Assembly: GCA_951406725.2 (NCBI GenBank)
Contig: OX597830.1
Location: 52,204,001 to 52,268,000, forward strand
Direction: 5' to 3'
DNA length: 64,000 nucleotides
Source: Octopus vulgaris
Lineage: Eukaryota
The translations under genes and the position numbers were made by a program. The notes under the pieces were generated by a model that ran no database searches, was not told the origin of the DNA, and was given only the letters and a program-made list of their open reading frames with translations. Positions 26,665-39,959 of the stretch are shown here, piece after piece. Position 1 is the stretch's first letter, and every line of letters starts with the position of its first letter.

Positions 26665-27516
26665 GCCAAGACGAAGAGCGCGATTCGATTGTAAGATATT
26701 TTATTAGTTGAACGATATTTCAACAGTACGTCTGTCTTTGTCAAGTTCAAAATAAGATGTGATAAAAGTTCAAAATTACAGAACTTTTATCGTAAATTAT
26801 GAACGAAAGCAACCAGAGTCCACACGTTGATGGAAAGACATCTCCAGGTTTTAAGTCACAATTTTATAACAAGCGAAAAGAAAAAGACAGAAAAACTGAA
26901 AAAAGAAGACGACAGAAAAAAAAGAAAGAAAGAGAGAGAAAGAAGAATATTTTATCAAACACTTTTGCATAAATTTGATGATATTCTCCTGTCATTCATT
27001 CCTCCAGGGCGTGATGTTAATAACCTGCAAACATATTTCTCCTCATATATTCTGAGAACTGAAAGTGAAGCAGATTCAGAATACTTTCTGAGAATATGCA
27101 CTTTCAAGTCTTCTTCAAAATTGCAACCGTTTGAAACGAAATGTTCAGCAAGTTCTGTCGAACTACTGTTAAACCTTTTGTTGAATTGTTCTGTTGTACA
27201 ACCAACATAAATTAAGTTGTGTTTCGTGCATTCTGCAGCGTACACCAAATGGGAATCTTTACATGTTCCACCTTCTGTATAATTCATAATATTTCTGTTA
27301 TGATTTCTGATGGAATTCACTTCACTCATGTTGTTGCACAATGAACAGGGCTTAACTTCCTTGCGGCTATTTTTTATGGTACAATGTCCGTTTTCTTGGA
27401 GTCAGATATAGAGGTCAATAATTCTCTTATATTATTATTCCGTCTAAAGGCTACAATAGGCGGCTGAGGAAATATCTGTTTGAAACGAGGATATTTTTTC
27501 GCCACATACTGGTAAC

Positions 27517-27517
<1 letters not shown>
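26665..27517 (-). mobile_element. Penelope-like element 3' part: linker, GIY-YIG endonuclease and terminus
   Basis: IFPQPPIVAFRRNNNIRELL; TCKDSHLVYAAECTKHNLIYVGCTTEQFNKRFN...LAEHF...YEEKYVCRLLTSRPGGMN (ORF 26955-27341); followed by a hammerhead motif and AATAAA. Confidence 0.85.
26708..26750 (-). ncRNA. Minimal type I hammerhead ribozyme motif (U3-A8 variant)
   Basis: Minus strand reads TTGAAC-TTGACAA-A-GACAG(ACGTA)CTGTT-GAAA-TA-TC-GTTCAA: 6-bp stem I, 5-bp stem II, minimal palindromic stem III, AUC cleavage triplet. Confidence 0.7.
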
Positions 27518-27586
<69 letters not shown>

Positions 27587-27587
27587 C

Positions 27588-27658
<71 letters not shown>

Positions 27659-27678
27659 TGATGATGATAATAATAATG

Positions 27679-27740
<62 letters not shown>

Positions 27741-27741
<1 letters not shown>

Positions 27742-27852
27742 TGATGCATGTGCCTGGTGTACCTTTATCAGACGGGTAGTCATGATGGGTATATTGGGCT
27801 TCGTATATTTTACCCCAGTGTCACTTTGATGGCATGCACTGCTCTCTCACTC
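27741..27852 (+). mobile_element. Family D truncated copy
   Basis: Near-identical to 15441-15552; flanked by (AAT)n. Confidence 0.85.
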
Positions 27853-27918
<66 letters not shown>

Positions 27919-28000
27919 AAGAAGAAGAAGAAGAAGAAGAAGAAGAAGAAGAAGAAGAAGAAGAAGAAGAAGAAGAAGAAGAAGAAGAAGAAGAAGAAGA

Positions 28001-28545
28001 ATAGTTTCATATTGGCGGCACAAGATCAAAGCTTGCCTACAAAATCGCTACCAAGCTAACCTCCTTCAGAACGGTTCTGACCCTAAATGCAGATTATGCG
28101 ATAAATTTGATGAAACAATAGACCATCTCGTCTCGGGATTTCCTGTGCTGACACCAAACAAATACAAAAATCGCCACGATAGTTTAGGACAGTATTTACA
28201 TAGGAAAATATATAAACACTACAAAATCAGCTCTCTTGCTTACTTGTATAAGCAACAACCCGAGCCAGTTGTTGAAGGTAAATATGTCACTATCCTCTGG
28301 ATTTTATAGTCGACACTGACAGAACGATCCAGGTTAATCGACCAGACATAATTATTAAAGACTGCGAAGAATACACTTGTAGACTAATAGATGTAAGTGT
28401 TCCCACGCATGAAAATATATGTGTAAAGCAATTTCAGAAATTAAATAAATATAAGGACCTGAAAATTGAAATACAAAAGATGTGGCATCTTAAAACGAGA
28501 ATTGTTCCTGTAATTGTTGGCGCACTAGGTATGATAAACAAGGGA
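28001..28545 (+). mobile_element. R4/Dong-type LINE fragment (CCHC plus REL endonuclease)
   Basis: FILAAQDQSLPT, KCRLCDKFDETIDHLVSG..VLTPNKYKNRHD, NRPDIIIKD, MWHLKTRIVPVIVGALG. Confidence 0.85.
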
Positions 28546-28870
28546 TATCATTATATTATATTATTCTTGTTATTTCCATTCAGAACAGGTTTAAACATTT
28601 TAGTAAACCGTTTTTCTTTTATCTTTCTTCCAGCCTCACTTGTGTCGTGTAGTTTGTCGAAAGGAAAAGTTAGAAACATTTTCTGACCACGTGTTCTATA
28701 TGTTCACTCAATGGAATCTGGCGAATATCAGCATTCCGGGTTTGTTGTCTGTGGACTCGTGAGCATTCCGATAATGCATTCCCTGTCTTGCCATTATATA
28801 GTTCCTCACAATTCGGGTATTTAAATGCAGTAGATCAAATTTCTGCTTTTGCAGCTCATATCTCTATTTG
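28545..28870 (-). mobile_element. Penelope-like GIY-YIG fragment
   Basis: Minus strand (with frameshifts): MSCKSRNLIYCI..PNCEELYNGKTGNALSE..RVHRQQ...RQIPLSEHI...RKIKEKRFTKMFKPVLN. Confidence 0.75.
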
Positions 28871-28924
28871 CCAAAATCTGTCCATTTTTTGTTCTAATGG
28901 ATCTACTAGTATGCATGTAATAAC

Positions 28925-29610
28925 ACTTTCCAAATATGTTTAAAAACAACACCACAATCACAACTGATATTTATTACAAAAACACAAATACACTCCAGTA
29001 CCTAGATTTCAAATTATGCCACCCAACACACACAAAACGCAACATCCCGTAATGTCTAGCCAACAAAATTTGTACTATAGCAGATGATCTAAATACCAGG
29101 AACATACGACTTATAGAACTCAAAGGATTTCTGCAAAAGCAAAGTTACCCTCTCCTACTTATAGAAAATAGCATACACGAGCAAAAAAGACACCTATAGA
29201 ACAAATTAGTGCAACACGAGAAAGACGAACTCATCAATGGAACACAATACCATTTCTAGTAACACACAATCCGCATCACCAGAACATTTTTAACATCATC
29301 AAAACAAATTTGACAACCATGAAACAAAGTGAAATTTAAAAAAAAAAACATAACTAATCAAACACTTATCTTGAGCAAAAGGCAACCACATAACCTAAAG
29401 AAACTATTAACAAAGGCAAAATTCGACATGAACAAACAGGATAAAACATTCACAGTATCCAAGTGTACTAATAACAGATCTAGAACGTGTCAATACATGC
29501 ATGCTAGTAGATCCATTAGAACAGAATGTGGAGAGATTTTAGCAAATGCAGAAATTTGATCTACTGCATTAAATACCCGAATTGCGAGGAATTATATATA
29601 GGCGCGGTAC
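28925..29610 (+). mobile_element. Penelope-like RT thumb, linker and start of GIY-YIG
   Basis: TDIYYKNTNTLQYLDFKLCHPTHTKRNIP...FLQKQSYP; SKRQPHNLKKLLTKAKF...VSKCTNNRSRTCQY; NLIYCI. Confidence 0.8.
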
Positions 29611-29879
29611 AAAAAGGAAGTTAGTCATTTTACTACAGTTGTCAAGATCTCAAATGTCAGTTAAATACATTTTGAAATCTGATGATTACTACGAACGTAT
29701 GAAAGCGCTAATTGAACTTTATGGACATTATAAAACATATTTTTAAATATTTAACACGCTTCAACATAGTAAAAAATTTGTTCTTTTGAAATATCATAAT
29801 AAAAAACGTGTAAACCAAACTGTTTTAACTTTATTCAAATGATATATTATTCTATACACATTTACAGAAATCTGGGACA

Positions 29880-29959
<80 letters not shown>

Positions 29960-30399
29960 GAATGTGTATATGTGTACACACACAAACACACAGAGAAGAG
30001 AATTATGAACGAGTATATTTAGAAAGAGAAAGAAAATACTGGATAACATGTTAGAAGATATATATTCTATCATTGGTTGAGTGTTATTGAATCATAATTC
30101 TAAGTTTCATCGTCCGAATGAGACAAACGATTTAAGGACGGGGGACATACGCTCTAAAATATTTGAAAACACATGAAAGAGACATCATGTCTCATAGCCT
30201 GGAGTACAGTGGGAAGAGATACATGGTGAAGCGAGTGTATTTCTTGTACATCAGAGTCTTAAAATCAATATTTTAAAACATGATATGAAAAAAATGATTT
30301 TGGTAAATCAAATGGTTTTGAAATAAAAAATGTTCCCAGAGTATAATGAAGCTGTTTTTTTTTAAGAATGATAACCGCTAACTAGTAATAAGTTGGAAA

Positions 30400-30691
30400 T
30401 TTCGTAATAAATAACGATGAAATAATCTGGATGAATGAACTGACTCGGATTTTCTGTTCAAAATGTGGAAGTTGCAATATATCTTACCTCTCAGAAAAGG
30501 AAGAGAAAAAACATTTTGTATCATTACTATAAGACATGTGTCGTTCCATGCTAGAAAAAAACAATCTTGTAATTATCAAAATTATTGCCCTTTAGGTTTC
30601 TGATATATTTGGAAAGTGAAGTGGTGAATCACCTTTCCGAACACTTAAATATTTACATGTCTTGAGATCAATTTTCTTTGGCCATCCTGTA
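30400..30691. mobile_element. Possible Tc1/mariner-type terminal remnant
   Basis: Ends in TTTGGCCATCCTG-TA (TA-CAGGATGGCCAAA on minus), resembling a Tc1-type TIR; no partner TIR found. Confidence 0.3.
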
Positions 30692-31113
30692 TAGCTTTTT
30701 GTAACACAGTCATTTGTGTGTGTGCGAGAGAGAGAGAGATTTCCTCAATATGTTAAGCCTTTACAAATACACATATCATTGAGAAGGCAAGCTGTATTAT
30801 TATTACAATTATATATAGTGAATGGTGGGGGATAACATTTTGTAAGTTTTTGCTTGTAAGGTTTCTCCTGTATATATTAATCATGGAAGCAGTAAAAGAT
30901 TCTTTTTGTTGAATGTTTTATATTTATGTGGAGATAGAAAGATATTTATTTAACAGATTTAGGAAGGTCTTAGCAGTATATATAAAAACTACTTATTATA
31001 CTACTACTATTAGAACAACTACTGCTGCTACTACTACTACTACTACTACTACTATAAAATATAAAGGATTATCATTATTATTATTACTATTATTATTATT
31101 AATATTATTATTA

Positions 31114-31187
<74 letters not shown>

Positions 31188-31249
31188 CATTGTTATTATT
31201 TTCATATGCAGTTAACAGCTTAGACTGTTGGAAAAGAAAAGGATCCTAA

Positions 31250-33800
31250 CATCGGGCTGCAACAAGTAAGCCTTAGATGCCAAGAACCCCCCTATTGGGT
31301 TACAACAAGTAACCTCAGATACCAAGAACACTCCTAAGTATCCTAGCTGTCCCTAATAACACTCTTTTCTGCAGCTGTACAAAACTGGGTTTTATACCTA
31401 TTTCCTCTATGCATCTGATCAAATCTTTAGAGATAGTTCCCAATGCACCGATATCTACTGGCATACATTTTGCCCGCACTGTTCATAGTCTCTGTAATTC
31501 AATAGCGAGGTCCTGGTATTTGCTATTTTTTCTATACTTCTCATATTAATTTTTTCATCATTTGGAATTGTAAAGTCTACTGTCTGACACTTTCTATTCT
31601 CTTTATCTATGTCTTGCTGTGAATCTAGCATCTTTTAATAAACTTTTTTCACTACCACCTATATAGGAGTCTATATCTACTCTAGCTAACTTCACACAGT
31701 CTTCTACTGATATTAACCCTTTTCCGCTTTCCTTTCTAGGTAGGTATAATCTTGCTTCTCCTGCCCTTGGGTGGAATCCTCCATTCATACTGAATTCCTT
31801 CCTAGTTCTTCTGTCTACCTTTGCTGATTCAGTTTTTGTCCAATCTACCAAAACTACTTTACAGCCTTCACTAAATTCGAACAATTTAGCTTTGACTTCA
31901 TTAGCTTCCTTACCTTTCTGATGTACTCCTTCTCAACTTCCGTTTTCATTTCTGTAGTTAGTACTCTCTCCAGTTCTAACATTTCTAGATACTTATAACT
32001 CTCTCCTCCTCTCAATGATTTCAATGTCTGGCCATCTGGTAATTGGTTGCCTTCGCTGTTGACCACCTGTCCCCTTCTCATGACTAATATTGCACACTTA
32101 TCTATGCCAAATTCCATGCCAATATCTTTGCTCAAGAGTCTTACAGTCTGTATAAAGGAATCTATCACATTTTCATTCTTACTTCAGATCATCACGTAGA
32201 GCAAATGGTTAATTTCTCCATTTCTATTTCTGAACTGATACCCTGCCTTTGCCTACCTTAATACTAAACTGAGCGGGATCAAACATAAGACAAATATTAA
32301 AGAGGACAACGAGTTCCTTTGGAAAATTCCTCTTTTGATATTAACTTTCTCTAAGTGTGCGTCACCTGAGTAGCGATCTACTTTCCATTTCTTCATGCTA
32401 CAGCAAATTAGTTCTCATGTTATCTGCTATACTGAATATACTCAAACATTCACTTCTCCATGAGTGTAGGATTATATCATAGGCTTTCCTATAATCTATT
32501 GTTAGATTTTCTTTCTAACTTCTACTTCATTTAGAACTGCTTTGTCCATATATAATAGATTATGCGTTCCTTTAGCCTTCTTCCTGCAACCTACCTGTTC
32601 TTCTGGTAGTAGACTCTGGTTGTCAAGGTGCTCCTAAATGCTTTCTGAAAGCATTCTTCTTAACAGCTTTGCATACTAATGGTAAGCAAGTAATTGGTCT
32701 ATAGTTCCTAGCCGTATTACCGTGGCTCTTATCTTTCATAATGAGTATTGTCCTCTCTCTAGTCATGCAATCTGGTATTATTACCCCATTGAGGCAATCC
32801 TGAAGTTGATCCCTCAGCCTCCCATGTAAACTACTGAATTTCTTTAGCCAGTATCCTTGAAATAAATCTGGTCCTGGACCCTTCCAATTCGGCATTTTCC
32901 TTAACCCTTTACTCATTAATGCACAAGTTAATGTTAGATCTTACCATACTGCATTTCCTTATGATTGACAGGCTTATCCCAAATATTACTTCAGAACTTT
33001 CTAGCTTCTTTTGCATTAGGTTTCTCATCTTCAGTACTTTGTTCTCCACTATTTATTCGGTTATAAAACTTCCCTAGTCTTTCTCAAATAATCTATTCTG
33101 TTGATACAGATCTATTCTTTTCTGATATCTGGAGAATTTGCCTGCTACTGCTGTAATACGCTGCTTCAACTCTTCTATTACTGTCCCAAATCCTTTTACT
33201 TTGACTTAGTACATTTTCTTGAGGGAAGATTTTCATCTTAGGTTTCGTAACTAGTTTGTTTTCCAGACTTCTATTTTACACAGATCTTGTATTAAAGTCT
33301 TCACTTTATTTTGTAATCTCCTTTCCCACATTTTTTTAAAATCTTACCCTTTGAGATATCCAATCTTCTGGTGACTACTACCCCTTCTGCATAGGTCAAT
33401 AAATCAATGTCTCCTATATTTTTAGTATCTATCCTACTGATAACAGAATCTGCTTTCCTAATCATTTCAAGCAGCTTCCTTCTGTTGGTGCTTTCTAACG
33501 CTGGCAATCTTTTTCTTACTTCTTTACTCATTACTTCCAGCAACTCATCTAAAATCTTCTGATCCTCCTCACTTAAATCACTTAGACTGTTGGAAAAGAG
33601 TCTAAGTCGTTGGTGCCAGTTGTCCCTTCCCTATTGGTAACGCTATTGTTATTTTTTCCTTTAGGTTCTTCTTTGGTTTGAGCTGTTTCTCTTATGTTGT
33701 TTGTTTGTCTTTCCCACTGCTTGGTTTTTATTTTCCGGTTCTCTTGTGATCTCTTCTACCTCTAAATCTGTCATCCACTTTCTTCTCCTAATAGCATTGT
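31250..33800 (-). mobile_element. R4/Dong-type LINE, long degraded copy
   Basis: NAIRRRKWMTDLEVEEI, MPNWKGPGPDLFQGYWLKKF, NYRPITCLP, DIGMEFGIDKCA, RLYLPRKESGKGLISVED, C-terminal QKRVLLGTARILR. Confidence 0.9.
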
Positions 33801-33978
33801 GTCAGAATCGGTGGCACGCTAGGGAGATGCTCAGCGGAATTTACTCTCTCTGTACGTACTGAGCTCAAATACGGCCAAGGTCGACTTTACCTGTCATCCT
33901 TTCGGGTTCGATAGACGAAGTGCCAGAATTTCAGGTCAAAATTTCAGTCCTTGTGCATGCATGTAGTAGAAAGGAATG
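33800..33978 (+). mobile_element. SINE family A, degenerate
   Basis: GGTCGACTTTACCTGTCATCCTTTCGGGTTCGATA core. Confidence 0.65.
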
Positions 33979-34005
33979 TTGTTGAAGCCATTATTATTAT
34001 TATAC

Positions 34006-34092
<87 letters not shown>

Positions 34093-34095
<3 letters not shown>

Positions 34096-34299
34096 TAGTT
34101 TTATTTTTATAGCGTGCTTTCACTTCACTACCGAGCGCAGCTGTGTGCCTTGGGTATGTGCTGTGATTTGTTGTGATGCTCTGATGGTTATTGTATGGAA
34201 AGTGTTCTGCGTAGGATGTGTGCAGTGCCTAGTAGTGCAATTTTCTGTATGTTATATGTGTTTGTAAGTCCTGGTGTTTTTGTTATGTATTTGTCTGAA

Positions 34300-34302
<3 letters not shown>
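34093..34302 (-). mobile_element. R4/Dong-type LINE 3' stub
   Basis: Near-identical reverse complement of 16196-16410; lies within (ATT)n on the plus strand. Confidence 0.85.
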
Positions 34303-34368
<66 letters not shown>

Positions 34369-34378
34369 GCATTATTAG

Positions 34379-34432
<54 letters not shown>

Positions 34433-34464
34433 CATTATTATTATTATTATTATTATCATTATTA

Positions 34465-34501
<37 letters not shown>

Positions 34502-34655
34502 CATTATTATTATTAGTAGTAGTAGTATTAGTATTACTATTATTATTAATATTATTATTATTCTTTTGTGTCTGGGGAGAGTCATTTTCTTTTTGTGCCT
34601 TATAATGTAGCTCATACACCGGTAAAATTTCCACTTATTTCTTATTTTTATTTTC

Positions 34656-34692
34656 CTAAAATTTTCGTTGCGTCTTGCAACCTTTTCAATAG
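34656..34692 (-). ncRNA. Minimal hammerhead ribozyme-like motif (U3-A8 variant)
   Basis: Minus strand reads CTA-TTGAAAA-G-GTTGC(AAGAC)GCAAC-GAAA-AT-TT-TAG, followed by AATAAA; stem I is only 3 bp. Confidence 0.55.
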
Positions 34693-35001
34693 TCTTGACC
34701 CTGTCCGTTATTTACACTGCGTTCCCTTTTGTTTGTTTGTGCGCATGTGTGAGGGTCAGTATATGTGTGTGTGTGTGCCTATACATGCATGCATGTACGT
34801 ATGTATGTATCTGTGTGTTTGCATGTGTATGTATGTATATATGTGTGTGTATGCATATGTATATATGTATGTATATGTGTGCATCTGTATGTATGTATCC
34901 TGCGTATTTATGTGCTTGCTTGCATGTTTGAGTGTTTTCTATGTATGTGTGTGTAAGCGTGTGTTTGTATATGTTTGCACCTCTGTCTGCTTGTGTGTGC
35001 A

Positions 35002-35061
<60 letters not shown>

Positions 35062-35899
35062 ATGCAACTGCGTACCATGTTTGTATGTATTGATGGGCAT
35101 CTTTATATGTGTGGATCCGTGTCTCCATACGTGTCTTTGCAAACAGATTTTACCCAACTATATCCCAGTAACTCGTGCAAGCTGGCTACAAAAAGCGAGT
35201 TTTTCTTCTCGATTTTCTATTGTGAGAAGTCTTCCCTACAATCACCTCATTTAGTACCACCTCATCTTTACAACTCCACACCATGTCTAATAAACCCGAA
35301 TCATCGCTGTCTTAATGTGGTTGAAATTAAAGATAGAATACCATAAAGTTCCATCATTGGGTTTTATGTTTTCTTTCATGGCGTGTTGCGTGATGGATGT
35401 GTTCAAGCACCGTCCAACCAATATTGTACAGGCTTTTGTTAGTGTCCATGGCTTGACGTCATGTATATCAACGTATTCTCAACTGCTACTCAGAATGTAA
35501 GTTACAGATCAAAATTTTATATCCTTTTGTCTATAATGTATTTTGTTAAAAACTAATGTGTCTTTTATTTGCATTTATCAGCATTATATCATAATTAGCA
35601 GGACGGTATAAATTATTTACATTATCTGTCTAGTAATATTATTACAGGAAGTAGGATGGCTTGAAATTTTATTGATACACTGGAATTAACGCTTCGATTT
35701 CATCTGGTATATACATGTAAACATCTATATGTGTTTGTGCATGTGTAGAATGTATTTGTTTATATTCATTCAGATGTGTACATACATATAAATTCAGGTG
35801 CGTACATAAATGTGTGTGTATATAGATGTGTGTAAGTATATATATATGTGTGTGTGTGTGTGTGTAGATATGTGTGTGTGTATATATATATATATAATG

Positions 35900-36215
35900 T
35901 GGATGTGCAATGGCCCAGTGGTTAGGGCAGCGAACCTGTGTTCGGAGGACCGCGGTTTCGATTCCCAGACCGGGCGTTGTCTGTATTTATTGAGCGAAAA
36001 CACCTAAAAGCCCCACGAGGCTGCGATAGGGGGGGGTGGCAACCCCTGTTGTACTCTTTCGCCCCAACTTTCTCTCACTTTCTCTTCCTGTTTCTTGAGT
36101 AACGCTGCAATAGACTGGCGTCCCGTCCAGCTGGGGGAAACACATACGCCATAGAGACCGGGAAACCGGGCCCCTGATCCTTGCTAGGCTTGAAACGGGT
36201 GCATAAATAAAATAA
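35900..36215 (+). mobile_element. tRNA-derived SINE family C
   Basis: TGGCCCAGTGGTTAG...GGTTTCGATTCCC head; A-rich tail. Confidence 0.85.
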
Positions 36216-36269
36216 AAAAATTACTACAAGAACTGGAGACTGCTTTAGCTGAATAAAAGAAAAAAATTC

Positions 36270-36412
36270 CTTTGGAAAAAAATTCAAATTTTTTACGAGT
36301 CCATACCTTGTGGAATTCAAGCTGTAATTACTGCCAAAGTCGGTCCTGCCCCATATTAAAATACATTTGTTTGAAATTTTAAGGTGTTTCCATTATTTTG
36401 ACTAATCCCTGT
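36270..36412 (+). mobile_element. Tc1-like transposon 3' end
   Basis: YESIPCGIQAVITAKVGPAPY* (cf. SIPRRIQAVI.AKGGPTPY), then a TIR-like end ...TTTTGACTAATCCCTG-TA. Confidence 0.7.
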
Positions 36413-36430
36413 ATGTATATATATATATGC

Positions 36431-36571
<141 letters not shown>

Positions 36572-37129
36572 GATATATATATATATAATGATATATATAT
36601 ATATATATGTAATGATATACATATATATATATATATATATATGCATGTATGTATGTATGTATTATGTTTGTATCTCAAGGCGATGCTCCAGCTTGACTGC
36701 AGTCAAGTGACTGAAACAAGTAAAAGAACATATATAAAAGCAGACGGTTATATGCGTCGTATGCGCTTATTTAATTTTATAAATCCATATGTATACACAC
36801 ATGCATGAATGTAGGCATTCATACATGTGAGTGTTTGTATAGAAACAAACCAATTATATGCGTTGTATGTGTGTGTTTATTTTTAAATATGTATACGCAA
36901 CTATATCTATATACATAATTAAATTTCTGTGATGCTTAAGATACTTTGGAAATTATGTAGGTTGGGTTCGATTCCAGCAAGAAACTTCCTTAGTTTAATC
37001 TCTTCGACGATAAGTTTGTATAATGGTTCAGGAAATTCTGCCAGTCCTGGAAACTCTGCAGAGGTCTGTCGCCTCGCTGATTTTTTTAAAGTGCGCGTGT
37101 ATAAACCCCACACACACACACACACAGAC

Positions 37130-37282
37130 GGGTGACTGTGATAACTAGCTTGCTTACCAACCACATGATTCTAGGTTCAGTCCCACAGCGTGGCACCTTG
37201 GGCAAGTGTCTTCTGCTATAGCCTCGGGCCAACCCAAGCCTTGAATATGAATTTGGTAGACGGAAACTGAAAGAATCCCGTC

Positions 37283-37327
<45 letters not shown>

Positions 37328-37572
37328 CATTTCTGTATGTGTTTGAGTGTGAGTGTGTGTGTGTGCGTGTGTGCGTTTGAGTGTCTATGTTTGTCCTCCC
37401 ACCATCGCTTGGCAACCGATATTGGTGTGTTTATGTCCCTATAATGTAGCCGTTCAGCAAAAGCGTGCGATACATGAGTACTGGGCTTACAAGGAAGTCT
37501 TGGGGTCAATTTTGTCGACTTAAGGCGGAGCTCCAGCATGGTCGCAGTCATATGACTGAAACATATGCAAGA
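37130..37572 (+). mobile_element. SINE family B, full length
   Basis: Head, internal microsatellite and CAGTC-ATAT-GACTG tail all present. Confidence 0.85.
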
Positions 37573-37609
<37 letters not shown>

Positions 37610-37628
37610 TGCGTGAGTGTGTGTGTGT

Positions 37629-37700
<72 letters not shown>

Positions 37701-37959
37701 TTTTCCGTCTGACGGACAGCTACGGACGTTTTTCCAACCATAGGATTTTTTAAACCCAATATTTTGGACACTATTGTTTGTAACTTTATCGACTTCGAAT
37801 TTCACTGTTTAAAATGAAAGATTTCTGTCTCTCTTTCTCTCTCTCCCTCTCTCACGGATACACACATGCATGCACCCAGATATTATATTTTATATTTTAA
37901 ATCCCAGATATTTCGGTCGTTAGACTGCGTCCGTAGTGGCGGATCATCTTGAGGAAATT

Positions 37960-38300
37960 TAGTCGAACGTATCGATCCCAATAATTATTAGTATTATTAT
38001 TTTATTTATTATTATTGTTTTGTTTTTGTAAAGCCTGGTACTTATTCTATCGTTCTCTTTTGCCGGAACGCTGAGTAGCAGAGACATAAACTCACGAACA
38101 CGGCGTTCAAGTGATGATGAGGGACAAACACATACACAAAGAAACAATACATTCATATATATTTATGTATGTATGACGAGCTTCTACCAGTTTCCGTCTG
38201 CCAAATCTATAGTAGGCTACAGAAGAAGAACTTGCCCAAGGTGCCAAGTGGTGCGACTGAACCCGGATGCATATAGTTGAGAACCAACCTGCTTACCACA
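37960..38300 (-). mobile_element. SINE family B, degenerate
   Basis: GTACTTATTCTATCGTTCTCTTTTGCCG and CTTGCCCAAGGTGCCA motifs. Confidence 0.7.
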
Positions 38301-38316
38301 CAGATATATTTGTGGG

Positions 38317-38740
<424 letters not shown>

Positions 38741-39659
38741 CAATAATGCACAGACCACGGCAGAGATACACATATAAGCCATAAGGCTGAGATAGTCAAC
38801 ATTTACAGAGAGTATTGTATGACGGTCTGTGACTTTTGTGAACTGTAAATTTATTCGTTCTTGTTAGATTAACCGACTCAAGCTGCTAAGCAAAACATTA
38901 AGAACGAAGCACGTATATATGAACTTCTTGTTGAAGTCGATCAAACTGCCATGACAGGTTATTTATGTCAAACATTAAACGCAAAAACATTCACCAGCAT
39001 TCTTCTAGGAACAATATGGCTGTGTGATTATGTGCGCGCGCGAGAGAGAGAGAGAGAAAGTATATATGTCTGAGTGTGTGTGTATGTGTGCATGTGTGTG
39101 TATGTGCGTGTGTTTGTGTATTGTTATGTCTGTATGTATGTATGTGTATGTGCTTGTATTCTTGTATTTGCTTTCTGTTATTCAATGTCTTGATTTATCG
39201 TTTCTTCCCCCGTACCGATTTCAGGCCGGTAACTATTTAATCGATCTCTATACAGCGAGCCCCTATGAATCATAAAGGGACGCAACACAAACACTCACAG
39301 ACGCAGAGACAAGCACATAAACTCGGGTATACGCACGCACACACTCTTCCTCTCTCAATACACACACACACACAATAAGAAATATATATAGTGGCAGCCG
39401 TAACCCGAAAATCACCGTATAGAAGAGCATAGCCTTTGTCCCTGCACGGTATTTTAGATACCTAGATGCGAAACTATGGTCTACAATTTTAAACATGTGT
39501 GGGGGGATGAGGGGTGCTTGTGTTTGTGTGTGTGTCTTTAAACAGACATTCACACACGCACGCAAATAGACAGACAGCGGACGGACGGACAGTCAGACAG
39601 ATCCACAGAAAGAAAGATAGATAAATAGATGGACTGATAGATAGATAGATAGATAGATG

Positions 39660-39756
<97 letters not shown>

Positions 39757-39959
39757 ATAGATATGCCAGTATATCGGAAAATGTATATGTGTGAATATAT
39801 TTCAATAGATATGTACACATATACAAATGGAGTCTGCAAACGTTACTCTGTATGCGAGATCTTGAATCAATATTTATGTGTGTCTCTTCGTGTGTATGAG
39901 TATGTGTTAATGTGTATTAGTTAGTGCATTTGTGTGTGGGAGAATCTTCTTGAAAAAAA

